A stretch of DNA of 64,000 nt, taken from contig MGCQ01000009.1 in assembly GCA_001790445.1 (NCBI GenBank), forward strand, positions 81,491-145,490, written 5' to 3'. This stretch comes from Candidatus Saccharibacteria bacterium RIFCSPHIGHO2_12_FULL_41_12 (lineage in GTDB: Bacteria > Patescibacteriota > Saccharimonadia > Saccharimonadales > 2-12-FULL-41-12). Under the pieces are notes generated by a model. That model was not told the DNA's origin and did no database searches. It saw only the letters and a list, made by a program, of their open reading frames with translations. The translations under genes were made by a program, and so were the position numbers. Of the stretch, positions 1 through 8,564 are shown piece by piece; position 1 is the first letter of the stretch; each line of letters opens with the position of its first letter.

Positions 1-633
1 AAGTTTTTGGTGAGTATCAAATAATCCTAAGGTTGCTGCATTATATAGTTGTATGGTGCCTGTCTGATCCACTGCTACGACGGAATCCAATACACTGTTG
101 ACAAGTCCTGCCAGACGTCTGTGTTCAAACTGTTCTACTTCCCGGCTTTTCTCCAGGCGTTTTAACCGGTCTTCGGCCAGTCTCCATGCATATATAATCA
201 CTAGGAACAAAAAACCTTCGAAAACTATACTCAATAAAGATTGTACAATTTCTTCGGGGCTAAGCCTTGGGTAGTACAGCACGAGCCACAATACTCCAGA
301 GCAAAGAAACGCAATATATAAATATGCAGCTCGAACGTTAAAGAAAATATAGGCAGCAAAAAAAAGTGATGCCCAAGCTGGATAGATCGTGGCTGTATTT
401 AACCCAAACACAAAAGCGCTGATTAGTGCACCGCCAATGCCAAAGCCTGTGTAGTAGAAAGCTATTTTTCGCAGAGAGAATGGGTTCCACACCACGTGCA
501 AAATACTAATAACTGTAAAAATAAATGCAGATAAATATGCTACTGTCGGGTGGGCCGCATTACCGTTAATCTCATGGTGTGCTATGAATACCAATAATCC
601 CGCCAAAATGATCCCAAAAGTTGCACCAATTAG
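1..633 (-). CDS. Membrane sensor protein with PAS-like domain, probably a histidine kinase (only the N-terminal part; runs off the window)
   Basis: Manual translation from ATG 633 is open to base 1: MVLSSDES..., several hydrophobic helices, a charged linker, then PAS-like 'LAGLVNSVLDSVVAVDQTGTIQLYNAA'. The kinase domain is not visible. Confidence 0.7.
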
Positions 634-961
634 CCGCAGCGCCATAACCATAGTCGGTTCTAATCGAATCGATTCATCAGAAGACAAAACCATTTTATTT
701 ACTATCCTTAATCACTAAACACAAAACTGAACTTTGATTTGTCCGATTGCCTAGATCAATACACGCGTCTAGTCTTAGCATAGTCTAACGGTTCCCGGCC
801 ATTGTTGCCCACTCATCGATTTATTATATAGCAACAAGCCCAGCAAACGCTAGTTACCAGCTTGTTGAGAGGGTTTAAAGAGAATGAAAAGAGGTCATAA
901 ATTAGCAAAAAACGAGCTATCTGATAGAATTTTTGTCTTGACTGCAGTAGAATAATGACCA

Positions 962-1807
962 ATGACTGCAGTACTTGCATATATATTTTTCTTTGTGGCG
1001 GCCACTGTGTCGCCATTGCAGAGAAGGCATCAGTCCCGTCGGACAAAGACTGATCCTATAGTTCTGGCCGCTTGGACACAGGCGTTTGTTTGGGTCCTGG
1101 GGCTTAGTCTTCTTTACAAAGCAGATATTTCATTTAGCTGGAGTTGGCATTTAATTTTTTTAAACGCTGGTTTGTTTATTTGTGGTCCATTATTTTTTTA
1201 TCTTTCGTATAATTCACAAAAACACGTTGATGCTACTCAATCAGTGGTCCTCAGTAACATTTATACTCCGGTTGCAATAATTCTTGCTATTTTGTTTTTG
1301 AGTGAGACTTTGACCCTGCAACAGATCATGGGCGCAATAATATTATTTATCGCTATGTTAATCATCTCGATTGAAAGGGCTACTAGTCAATCGTTTCGAT
1401 TCAGCAAATATTCCATATATATGCTGTCATCTGGTGTGTTCTTGGGTATTATTTTATTTCTAGAAAAGGCAACAATGAATTTAATAGGCAACAGAGTAGG
1501 CATAGTAGTTAGTTGGACAGCTCAGACAATAGGCTTGCTGATCCTAGCCTATGCGCTTAGAGGTATCCACAAATTGCCTACAAAACGTGAGATTTTCACA
1601 AGTGGGGCACTGCGTTACGCGCAACAATTATCATACGTTACTTTACTAATCGTGGTTGGTAACTTGGCTTTGGTGGCTGCAGTTACGACTTTTAAGATTG
1701 TTTTTATATTTTTGGGTGCATTTGTTTTCCTGCACGAAAAGGAACATTTATATCGCAAATTTTTTGGAGTAGTGATAGCCATCGTTGGTTTGCTGTTAAT
1801 GAAATAA
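962..1807 (+). CDS. EamA/DMT-family transporter
   Basis: 281 aa, ~10 TM helices in two repeats, 'LFLSE' and 'FLHE' EamA end motifs. Confidence 0.8.
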   Translation: MTAVLAYIFFFVAATVSPLQRRHQSRRTKTDPIVLAAWTQAFVWVLGLSLLYKADISFSWSWHLIFLNAGLFICGPLFFYLSYNSQKHVDATQSVVLSNIYTPVAIILAILFLSETLTLQQIMGAIILFIAMLIISIERATSQSFRFSKYSIYMLSSGVFLGIILFLEKATMNLIGNRVGIVVSWTAQTIGLLILAYALRGIHKLPTKREIFTSGALRYAQQLSYVTLLIVVGNLALVAAVTTFKIVFIFLGAFVFLHEKEHLYRKFFGVVIAIVGLLLMK

Positions 1808-1889
1808 ATATTTAACCACATTTTTCTCACGATCGTGAAGATTTTGAGGCTAAATGTTTTTCATGATTTGGCTAGTGTATAATTAATCT

Positions 1890-2588
1890 ATGGAAGAAGT
1901 TTTGCTCCGAAAGCTGTCTAGCTACAAAGTGCCCCAATTTGCAGTCGATCTAATTCGTAGTACAAAAATAGTTTTTCTGGTTGGTGTAGCAGGGGCTGGC
2001 AAAGACACAGTTATAAATCATTTGCTTAAAAACGCCGAGTACCACCACGTTGTCTCTCACACGACTCGTTCGCCTCGGCGCAATCACGGTGTGATGGAGC
2101 AAGAAGGTACTGATAGATATTTTGTTGATCCAAAAACCATTGAGCGCATGCTTGACAACCAAGAATTCGTAGAGGCAAAATTAGCCCATGGCAATATCTA
2201 TGGTACAAGTGTAGCAGAGATCAAAAAAGCCCATGACCAGAACAAAATTGCGCTGAGCGAGATAGAAGTCCAGGGTGTGGCAGAATATAGAGCAGTTGAT
2301 GACAATGTGGTCCCTATATTTCTGTTGCCACCAGATTTTGAGACTTGGCAAAAACGCCTAGCTGGTAGATACGAGGGGCAGGCAAACCCAGATGATATAA
2401 AAGAGCGGATGAAAACAGCAAAGGTTGAGCTTCAAGAAGCTCTGGAAAAACCATATTTTGAATATGTAGTAAATGCAGACATAGAAACTACTATAGAAAT
2501 AGTTGATAAAATTGCTCATGGCAAGCATTCAACCAAAAAGAACGAACAAGCCAAAGAAATCGCTCGCCAACTTCTACGAAAGCTATAG
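1890..2588 (+). CDS. gmk: Guanylate kinase
   Basis: GVAGAGKDT P-loop, VSHTTRSPR, YGTS motifs. Confidence 0.9.
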   Translation: MEEVLLRKLSSYKVPQFAVDLIRSTKIVFLVGVAGAGKDTVINHLLKNAEYHHVVSHTTRSPRRNHGVMEQEGTDRYFVDPKTIERMLDNQEFVEAKLAHGNIYGTSVAEIKKAHDQNKIALSEIEVQGVAEYRAVDDNVVPIFLLPPDFETWQKRLAGRYEGQANPDDIKERMKTAKVELQEALEKPYFEYVVNADIETTIEIVDKIAHGKHSTKKNEQAKEIARQLLRKL

Positions 2589-2697
2589 ATCTTCCTTATA
2601 GAACTTCAACATAAAGTTTACATATTGACAAATTATATTGCTTATGCTATGCTTTAAATCTAGCAACAAAACAAATAATAGAAAGTAGATAAATATA

Positions 2698-2931
2698 ATG
2701 ATCAAATCATTGGTGCGACCTGCGGGAGTAGGTAATGACGAGCAAATAACCTTTGAGGATGACAAAAAGATTCTGGCGACTTCATCTGAAAAACCCTCAA
2801 TTGTGGATGTACTAGCAGACTTAGAAGACGAATCAAAATATTATTTAAAAGCCATGTTTGGTAAAGATTATCACAGGGAAGCGGGCGTGGAATATGTCCA
2901 AACAGAGAACGGCTCATTTTACCTCGACTAG
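2698..2931 (+). CDS. Small hypothetical protein
   Basis: 77 aa ORF after TTGACA(2625)-17-TATGCT; its stop lies in the left arm of the hrcA CIRCE. Confidence 0.5.
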   Translation: MIKSLVRPAGVGNDEQITFEDDKKILATSSEKPSIVDVLADLEDESKYYLKAMFGKDYHREAGVEYVQTENGSFYLD

Positions 2932-2965
2932 CACTCTTGCATGTTAAGTGCCAGGATTGTATAAT
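2928..2965 (+). promoter_or_regulatory. CIRCE operator overlapping the hrcA sigma70 promoter
   Basis: CTAGCACTC-N9-AAGTGCCAG (2928-2954); -35 TTGCAT 2937-2942, 17 bp, -10 TATAAT 2960-2965. Confidence 0.85.
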
Positions 2966-2974
2966 CTATCTATA

Positions 2975-3679
2975 ATGATGAGTCCTCGGCAAGAACAAAT
3001 TTTGAAATCAATTATAGAACAATACGCAGAGGTAGCCAGTCCAGTTGGCTCGAGTTTACTTGCTAAAGTTTTTGGGGTGAGTAGTGCAACAATTCGTGCA
3101 GAAATGGCAGATCTTGAGCGCCGTGGGTTGATCACCCAACCACATACCAGTGCTGGACGTATCCCGACAGACAAAGGATACAGATATTACGTCAACACAC
3201 TCAGCGAAGAAACAAACCCAGTAGATAAAAGGACAGAAAGGGCGCTTTCTGCCAGAGTGAGCGACACCAACGCCCCTGAGCGGACTATTCGTAGTGCTGT
3301 AGATACACTTGTAGAGATGACCCATAATCTAGGCCTGGCAACTATTGGCAACCAGCTGTATATGTCAGGACTAACTAATCTTTTTGCTCAACCAGAATTT
3401 TCTAGTGGCGTACATGTTCGAGAAGTCGCTAGTTTATTGGACAATCTAGAACCGTGGTTGCATGAAGCCAAGCCAAATGAACCTCTTAGCGTTTTTATAG
3501 GTCAAGAAAATCCGATTGGTCGCAACAGTGGCTGTAGTTTGATTATCAGCAAATTCAGAAGTCCGTATAGTGATAGCAGTTACATTGGAGTCCTCGGCCC
3601 AACTCGGCAAAGCTACAAAGGCGTTATGAACTTGGTCAAAAGAACAGGCGAATCCCTAGAGGAAGCCATCTATGAGTAA
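2975..3679 (+). CDS. hrcA: Heat-inducible transcription repressor HrcA
   Basis: PVGS..L, SSATIRAEMADLE, PHTSAGRIPTDKGYRYYV, GVLGPTR; start moved to ATG 2975 downstream of the promoter. Confidence 0.93.
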   Translation: MMSPRQEQILKSIIEQYAEVASPVGSSLLAKVFGVSSATIRAEMADLERRGLITQPHTSAGRIPTDKGYRYYVNTLSEETNPVDKRTERALSARVSDTNAPERTIRSAVDTLVEMTHNLGLATIGNQLYMSGLTNLFAQPEFSSGVHVREVASLLDNLEPWLHEAKPNEPLSVFIGQENPIGRNSGCSLIISKFRSPYSDSSYIGVLGPTRQSYKGVMNLVKRTGESLEEAIYE

Positions 3680-3698
3680 AAAATTGAGAATATACTAA

Positions 3699-4028
3699 AT
3701 GGATAAACTCAGTATTTCTGCACACGAAAGGAATGATCAGAAGAGACGAGAGGATGTTTTTGAGCGTTTGCCTCAATATACGCCATTGGTGGATCTATGG
3801 GCCAACTACCTAGAGTTTTGGGATAGAACTGGTGGCTTCGATAACGCACCCCAAGAAGAAATTGATCAAGCGAGAGAATTAATCAGAGATAAAGCAGAAG
3901 ACATAATAAGAGAAACTTCTCCAAGCGATCTTGGTATAGTTGATGCACATGTTAATTTAGCACTGCATACTGCAATTGGCATAAGAAAAGAAGCTGTAAT
4001 GGCAAATCCAGAGGATATAAATGAGTAA
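3699..4028 (+). CDS. Hypothetical protein between hrcA and grpE
   Basis: 109 aa ORF overlapping the grpE start. Confidence 0.6.
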   Translation: MDKLSISAHERNDQKRREDVFERLPQYTPLVDLWANYLEFWDRTGGFDNAPQEEIDQARELIRDKAEDIIRETSPSDLGIVDAHVNLALHTAIGIRKEAVMANPEDINE

Positions 4029-4494
4029 GAAAGCAAAATCCGAAGATAGGCAAATAGCAGAAGAATTAGCAAAAGAAGTCGCCCAGCTTACAGAAGCTTT
4101 GCAGAGAGAGCGTGCAGATGCCATGAATATTCGCAGACGGCATGAGGAACAAATTACCAGCCTGAGAACTAGCGTCAAATCCAGTGTAGTGAGGGAGCTG
4201 TTGCCAGCCATTGATAATCTAGAGAGGGCACTCAAACATGTGCCAAAAGATATAGCCAAACACGATTACGTCAAAGGAGTCAGCGGAGTAGTCAAGCAAT
4301 TTGAGAAGGTTTTGGCAGATATTGGTGTAGAGCGGATTAAAACTGTCGGTGAACATTTTGACCCGGAGTTTCATGAGGCAGTAGCAATGGATGGGGGGGA
4401 TGGTCACCACGAAATTATCAGCGAAGAATTACAACCAGGCTACATGCTTGGTGGGGAGGTCATCCGCCACGCCATGGTAAAGGTTAAAAAATAG
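4021..4494 (+). CDS. grpE: Nucleotide exchange factor GrpE
   Basis: LQRERADAMNIRRR, LLPAIDNLERA, FDPEFHEAV, GY..VIRHAMVKV. Confidence 0.95.
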   Translation: MSKKAKSEDRQIAEELAKEVAQLTEALQRERADAMNIRRRHEEQITSLRTSVKSSVVRELLPAIDNLERALKHVPKDIAKHDYVKGVSGVVKQFEKVLADIGVERIKTVGEHFDPEFHEAVAMDGGDGHHEIISEELQPGYMLGGEVIRHAMVKVKK

Positions 4495-4757
4495 TGGCAG
4501 AAATTTTGCATGCTCTTAGCTCAAACGGGTCGTGGGCCTATCAACCAATGAGAGAGCTTGGTTCAGAGAGTCAGCGCGAAGTGCGTGAACTAGTTGGCAG
4601 CCATTTGATCGCAACAATAGACGACGGTAAAGAAGTGAAGCCTGGGGCATTTTTGGTGGAACTTGAGAGCGGGAAACAGGTTGCATTTGAATATAATGTA
4701 GCGATTCCTAGAGAAAAGATCAAAGCAGGTACAGAAGTAAAGTCTTTGACTGATTAG
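4494..4757 (+). CDS. Hypothetical protein
   Basis: 87 aa GTG-start ORF coupled to the grpE stop. Confidence 0.55.
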   Translation: MAEILHALSSNGSWAYQPMRELGSESQREVRELVGSHLIATIDDGKEVKPGAFLVELESGKQVAFEYNVAIPREKIKAGTEVKSLTD

Positions 4758-4967
4758 CACCCTTGACTCATGCCAAGAATACTAACAGATCTGCCTGCTA
4801 GCACCAGATTCATAGCGAATAATACTGACTAATTTTCTTTGATTCAGCGTACTGTACCTACGGGTACAGCCTGCTCAGATTCTCAAAAATTAGCGTATTC
4901 TTCATCATGACTCAGGCACTAACAAACAAATCCGTTAGCACTCTTGACGGGGTATCAAGGGCGCCAG
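4754..4967 (-). repeat. Long imperfect hairpin H1 (214 nt)
   Basis: Symmetric about CTGTACC-TACG-GGTACAG (4852-4869); stem mismatches are mostly A-C on +, i.e. G-U on -. Confidence 0.85.
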
Positions 4968-5127
4968 GCAGATCATTGCTAAACTAGTCTATATCATCAT
5001 ATCTCGACGCTTTTCTCTCCAGTCCAGCAAGTAGTAGCTACGGCTACAACTTGCTCAGGGCTTCAAGAAAATCACCAAGCTATAATAATCTAGACAAATT
5101 TATCAATAAAATGACTGGCACTCTTGA
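4955..5127 (-). repeat. Long imperfect hairpin H2 (173 nt), related to H1
   Basis: Centred on GTAGC-TACG-GCTAC (5034-5047), 180 bp from the H1 centre; closes on the dnaK CIRCE left arm. Confidence 0.8.
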
Positions 5128-5177
5128 CACCCGAGTGCCAATTTATTATACTGGCAGTATAAGCATGAGAGTGCTAG
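5115..5177 (+). promoter_or_regulatory. Tandem CIRCE operators and dnaK promoter
   Basis: CTGGCACTC-N9-GAGTGCCAA (5115-5141); weaker CTGGCAGTA-N9-GAGTGCTAG (5151-5177); -35 TTGACA 5124, 17 bp, -10 TATACT 5147. Confidence 0.9.
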
Positions 5178-5198
5178 AATATTAGAAGATAATTAACA

Positions 5199-5390
5199 AT
5201 TTGTTAGCTACATTTGCTTGCGTTTGATGATAATACAAGGAAGAAACGAGTAGCTCCAACGAAACGTATAGATAATACGTAGAGTGAGCAACGCAGTTTC
5301 TGAAGAAGTATTATTGTTAAAAACAAATTGCAGAGTTTTGGCTCTGCCAAAAGCAGGCAATATGTGGCGCAAGTAAATGGAGGAACAAAT
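5199..5390 (+). ncRNA. Structured dnaK 5' leader (three-way junction element A)
   Basis: Closing stem 5211-5224/5366-5379 with G-U pairs on +; same architecture and motifs as 62955-63138. Confidence 0.65.
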
Positions 5391-7329
5391 GGGAAAGATA
5401 ATAGGAATTGACTTAGGAACAACCAACAGCGCCATGGCTGTCATGCAGTCTGGCAAGCCTGAGATTATTGCTAACAGCGAGGGTAATCGGACTACACCGA
5501 GTGTTGTGGCTATCAACAAAAACGGCGAGAGACTTGTCGGACAGGTGGCAAATCGTCAACGCGTAACTAACGCAACCAACACGATCTTTGGCGTCAAGAG
5601 ACTTATTGGTCGCAAGTTCAGCGATAAAGAAGTCCAAAAAGACATCAAATTGATGCCATTTAAGATTGAAAAGAAAGGTACTGGTGTCCAGGTAGAAATG
5701 TCTGGTAAGGGCTACAGCCCAGAAGAAGTCAGTGCTATGATCCTGAGCAAGCTAAAGGCCGACGCAGAGGCGTTTCTTGGTGAGCCAGTAACAGAGGCGG
5801 TTATTACCGTTCCTGCATACTTTGATGACTCACAAAGACAAGCAACCAAAGACGCGGGTAAAATCGCCGGACTAGAAGTCAAAAGAATCATCAACGAGCC
5901 AACCGCAGCTGCTCTAGCTTACGGATTAGACAAAGGCAAGGAAGAAAAGATCGCTGTGTTCGACCTTGGTGGCGGAACATTCGACGTATCAATCTTGCAA
6001 CTTGGTGACGGCGTATTTGAAGTGCTAAGCACCAACGGCGATACACACCTTGGCGGTGAAGACTTTGACCTGAGAATAGTCAACCACTTTGTGGACGAGT
6101 TCAAAAAAGAGTCAGGCATAGATGTAAAAGACGATAAAGCAGCCATGCAACGGCTCAAAGAAGAGGCAGAAAAGGCGAAGAAAGAGCTATCCAGCACCGA
6201 AGTTGCAGATATTAACTTGCCATTTTTGACAGCCAATGCAGATGGTCCAAAGCACTTTGAGTACAAACTAACCAGGGCAAAATTGATTGATCTTGTGGGC
6301 GAGCTGATCGAAAAAACTGCTACCCCATGCGAAAAGGCGCTTAAAGACGCCAAGTTAAAAGCCAGCGACATTAATGAAGTGATTTTGGTCGGTGGTATGA
6401 CCCGTATGCCAGCCGTGATTGAAAAGGTCAAAAAAATCTTTGGGAAAGATCCAAAACAAGGTGTAAATCCAGACGAGGTCGTAGCTGTTGGTGCAGCTAT
6501 CCAAGGTGGCGTACTTGCTGGCGATGTCAAAGACGTGTTGCTACTGGACGTGACCCCGCTAAGTCTTGGTATTGAGACACTTGGTGGTGTTGCAACCAAA
6601 CTGATAGAGAGAAACACAACTATCCCAACTAGCAAAAGCGAGGTATTTTCTACCGCTGCTGACAACCAGCCCCAGGTAGAGATCCACGTTGTTCAGGGAG
6701 AGCGTGGTATGGTCGCCGACAACAAATCCTTGGGGCGATTCGTGCTCGATGGAATCCCGCCAGCACCACGTGGTGTGCCACAAATCGAGGTGGTATTTAA
6801 CCTAGATGCCAATGGAATTCTCAACGTATCTGCCAAGGACAAAGGGTCAGGCAAAGAACAGAGTATTACCATTCAAAACAGTGGTAATTTGTCCAAAGAA
6901 GATGTTGAGAAAGCCGCCAAAGAGGCAGAAACTCACGCAGATGAGGACAAAGCAAAACGCGAAGTTATAGAGATTCGCAATACTCTAGAAAATGCAGTCT
7001 ACCAAGCAGAAAAATTGAAAAATGATAATAAAGACAAGATTTCTGAGGAAGACGTCAAAGTAATTGACGAGGCAGTAGAAAATGCCAAAAAGGTCCAGTC
7101 TGATGAAAAAGCAGACAAAGAAGCACTGGAAACAGCAGCCAAAGAACTAAGCGAAAAAATCATGCCAATCGGTGCCAAGATGTATGAGTCTGCTAAAGAA
7201 AGCGATGTAGATAACCCTTCGACAGGCTCAGGGTCCTCGGATAAATCCTCGGGGGACGAACCAATAGAAGGCGAAGTAGTAGAAGACGACTCTTCGACTA
7301 GCTCAGAGCAAGACAAAAAGGAAAAGTAA
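5389..7329 (+). CDS. dnaK: Chaperone DnaK
   Basis: [25 protein letters not shown]; ATG 5389 preceded by GGAGG. Confidence 0.99.
   Translation: MGKIIGIDLGTTNSAMAVMQSGKPEIIANSEGNRTTPSVVAINKNGERLVGQVANRQRVTNATNTIFGVKRLIGRKFSDKEVQKDIKLMPFKIEKKGTGVQVEMSGKGYSPEEVSAMILSKLKADAEAFLGEPVTEAVITVPAYFDDSQRQATKDAGKIAGLEVKRIINEPTAAALAYGLDKGKEEKIAVFDLGGGTFDVSILQLGDGVFEVLSTNGDTHLGGEDFDLRIVNHFVDEFKKESGIDVKDDKAAMQRLKEEAEKAKKELSSTEVADINLPFLTANADGPKHFEYKLTRAKLIDLVGELIEKTATPCEKALKDAKLKASDINEVILVGGMTRMPAVIEKVKKIFGKDPKQGVNPDEVVAVGAAIQGGVLAGDVKDVLLLDVTPLSLGIETLGGVATKLIERNTTIPTSKSEVFSTAADNQPQVEIHVVQGERGMVADNKSLGRFVLDGIPPAPRGVPQIEVVFNLDANGILNVSAKDKGSGKEQSITIQNSGNLSKEDVEKAAKEAETHADEDKAKREVIEIRNTLENAVYQAEKLKNDNKDKISEEDVKVIDEAVENAKKVQSDEKADKEALETAAKELSEKIMPIGAKMYESAKESDVDNPSTGSGSSDKSSGDEPIEGEVVEDDSSTSSEQDKKEK
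7215..7235. repeat. REP-like palindromic unit in frame in the dnaK tail
   Basis: CCCTTCGACAGGCTCAGGGTC, 20/21 identical to 56182-56202. Confidence 0.8.
7290..7308. repeat. Second REP-like unit in the dnaK tail
   Basis: CTCTTCGACTAGCTCAGAG; stem changed compensatorily (CCCT/AGGG to CTCT/AGAG). Confidence 0.7.
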
Positions 7330-7333
7330 GAAA

Positions 7334-7741
7334 ATGTACAAGCCTTACCTTGTACCTATATCAGTAAAGTGCATTGTCTTTGAAGACAACAGAGTATGGC
7401 TTCGCAGGAATGAAAGAAATGAGTGGGAGTTACCAGGAGGTAAGCTTGACGAGGGTGAACAGCCGAAAGAAACTGCTCAAAGAGAAGCACTGGAAGAAAT
7501 TGGAGTCGAAGTTGCTACGAAAAACATCATAGGAGCGAAACTTTATACAATTAGTAAATCAAGTGACGAGGATAGGGGTGTTTTTGTCATGGCTTACCAC
7601 TGTAAATTTATTAGGCGTGTTGGTGAAGTTGAGCATATTGGTGAGGCAGGACCTGCAGAGTTTCAGGCATTTAGCATTGATGAAATTGACGAGCTAAACA
7701 TGCCAGACTTCTATAAAGAATGGATTATAAATGCGAGGTGA
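7334..7741 (+). CDS. NUDIX hydrolase
   Basis: GGKLDEGEQPKETAQREALEEIG Nudix box. Confidence 0.9.
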   Translation: MYKPYLVPISVKCIVFEDNRVWLRRNERNEWELPGGKLDEGEQPKETAQREALEEIGVEVATKNIIGAKLYTISKSSDEDRGVFVMAYHCKFIRRVGEVEHIGEAGPAEFQAFSIDEIDELNMPDFYKEWIINAR

Positions 7742-8048
7742 ATATTGCCAATTATGGCTAACATGTACTGATCAGAAAGAGGCGGATAAGATAGCTAAGG
7801 CACTTTTGGAAAAGCGGTTGATTGCTTGTGCTAAGCAAGTTGCTATAACTTCCGATTTTATTTGGGAGGGCAAGATTGAGCGGAATAACGAAATCTTACT
7901 AATTATGGAATCTAGAGAAGATTTGTTTGACGAGATCGAAGCAGAAGTTGCTAAACTTCACAGCTACGATAGCTTTGTTCTAACCGCCACACCAATAACA
8001 AAAGTTTCCAAAAAAGCCCAAAAATGGCTGGATAAAGAATTAAATTAA
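7731..8048 (+). CDS. cutA: Divalent-cation tolerance protein CutA
   Basis: LLEKRLIACA, WEGKIE..E, LHSYD. Confidence 0.9.
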   Translation: MRGEYCQLWLTCTDQKEADKIAKALLEKRLIACAKQVAITSDFIWEGKIERNNEILLIMESREDLFDEIEAEVAKLHSYDSFVLTATPITKVSKKAQKWLDKELN

Positions 8049-8075
8049 ATATTAAAACGAGGGTATAATAAACAG

Positions 8076-8372
8076 ATGGCAGATCATATTCTACATACGA
8101 GAATTTCAAGAAAAGACAGAAAACTAGTCGATAAAGTGATGATGTTCGCTTGTGTAGTAGCGCCACTGTTTGTGTTGCCCCAACTTTTTCAAATCTTTAG
8201 CAACCATGATGCGACGAATGTATCGATCACCACCTGGGTTAGCTTTGCGCTTTTTGCCTTTATCTATCTTCTTTATGGGATCGTGCACAGACTTAAGCCA
8301 CTGATTATCACAAATATATTGTGGCTTATTGTCGAGTTAGCAGCAGTAGCCGGAATATTGATTTATGGATAG
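8076..8372 (+). CDS. SemiSWEET / PQ-loop family transporter
   Basis: 98 aa, 3 TM, 'LPQLFQI', 'VSITTW', 'PLIITN'. Confidence 0.8.
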   Translation: MADHILHTRISRKDRKLVDKVMMFACVVAPLFVLPQLFQIFSNHDATNVSITTWVSFALFAFIYLLYGIVHRLKPLIITNILWLIVELAAVAGILIYG

Positions 8373-8391
8373 CAACGAGCGTGAGGCAACC

Positions 8392-8471
8392 ATGACAAAA
8401 ACCATAAATTTTGCTAATATAATACACACAGCACCTCGTCTTGAATCTTTAGATTCATTGCGAGGCTTTTT
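8392..8471 (+). ncRNA. Promoter + ~44 nt hairpin RNA + terminator, unit 1 upstream of NYN
   Basis: ATGACA-17-TAATAT with extended TG; ACAGCA-CCTCGT..TGAATC-TTTA-GATTCA..GCGAGG-CTTTTT. Confidence 0.65.
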
Positions 8472-8472
8472 A

Positions 8473-8547
8473 TTGACAAAAGGCAATATTTTTGCTAATA
8501 TTTATGTACAGCACCCCGTGTTGGCGAGAGCCTCAGCGGGGCTTTTT
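8473..8547 (+). ncRNA. Promoter + ~40 nt hairpin RNA + terminator, unit 2 upstream of NYN
   Basis: TTGACA-17-TAATAT with extended TG; ACAGCA-CCCCGT..GGC-GAGA-GCC..GCGGGG-CTTTTT. Confidence 0.7.
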
Positions 8548-8564
8548 ATTGAGGAGTATAAGCT

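Noticed and set aside
634-961. Riboswitch upstream of the sensor gene
   Set aside because: Only one hairpin (CAACAAGC/GCTTGTTG) and no recognisable aptamer.
4754-4967. Two additional functional CIRCE operators
   Set aside because: Arm spacing is 14-15 bp instead of 9 and right arms are degenerate; treated as hairpin-derived copies.
5919-6665. 248-aa antisense ORF in dnaK and similar shadows over comEC, pilM, ino1, purF
   Set aside because: Antisense shadows of conserved genes, with no motifs.
8392-8547. Mini CRISPR array
   Set aside because: Only two units, each with its own promoter and terminator; the variable part is a hairpin, and no cas genes are present.
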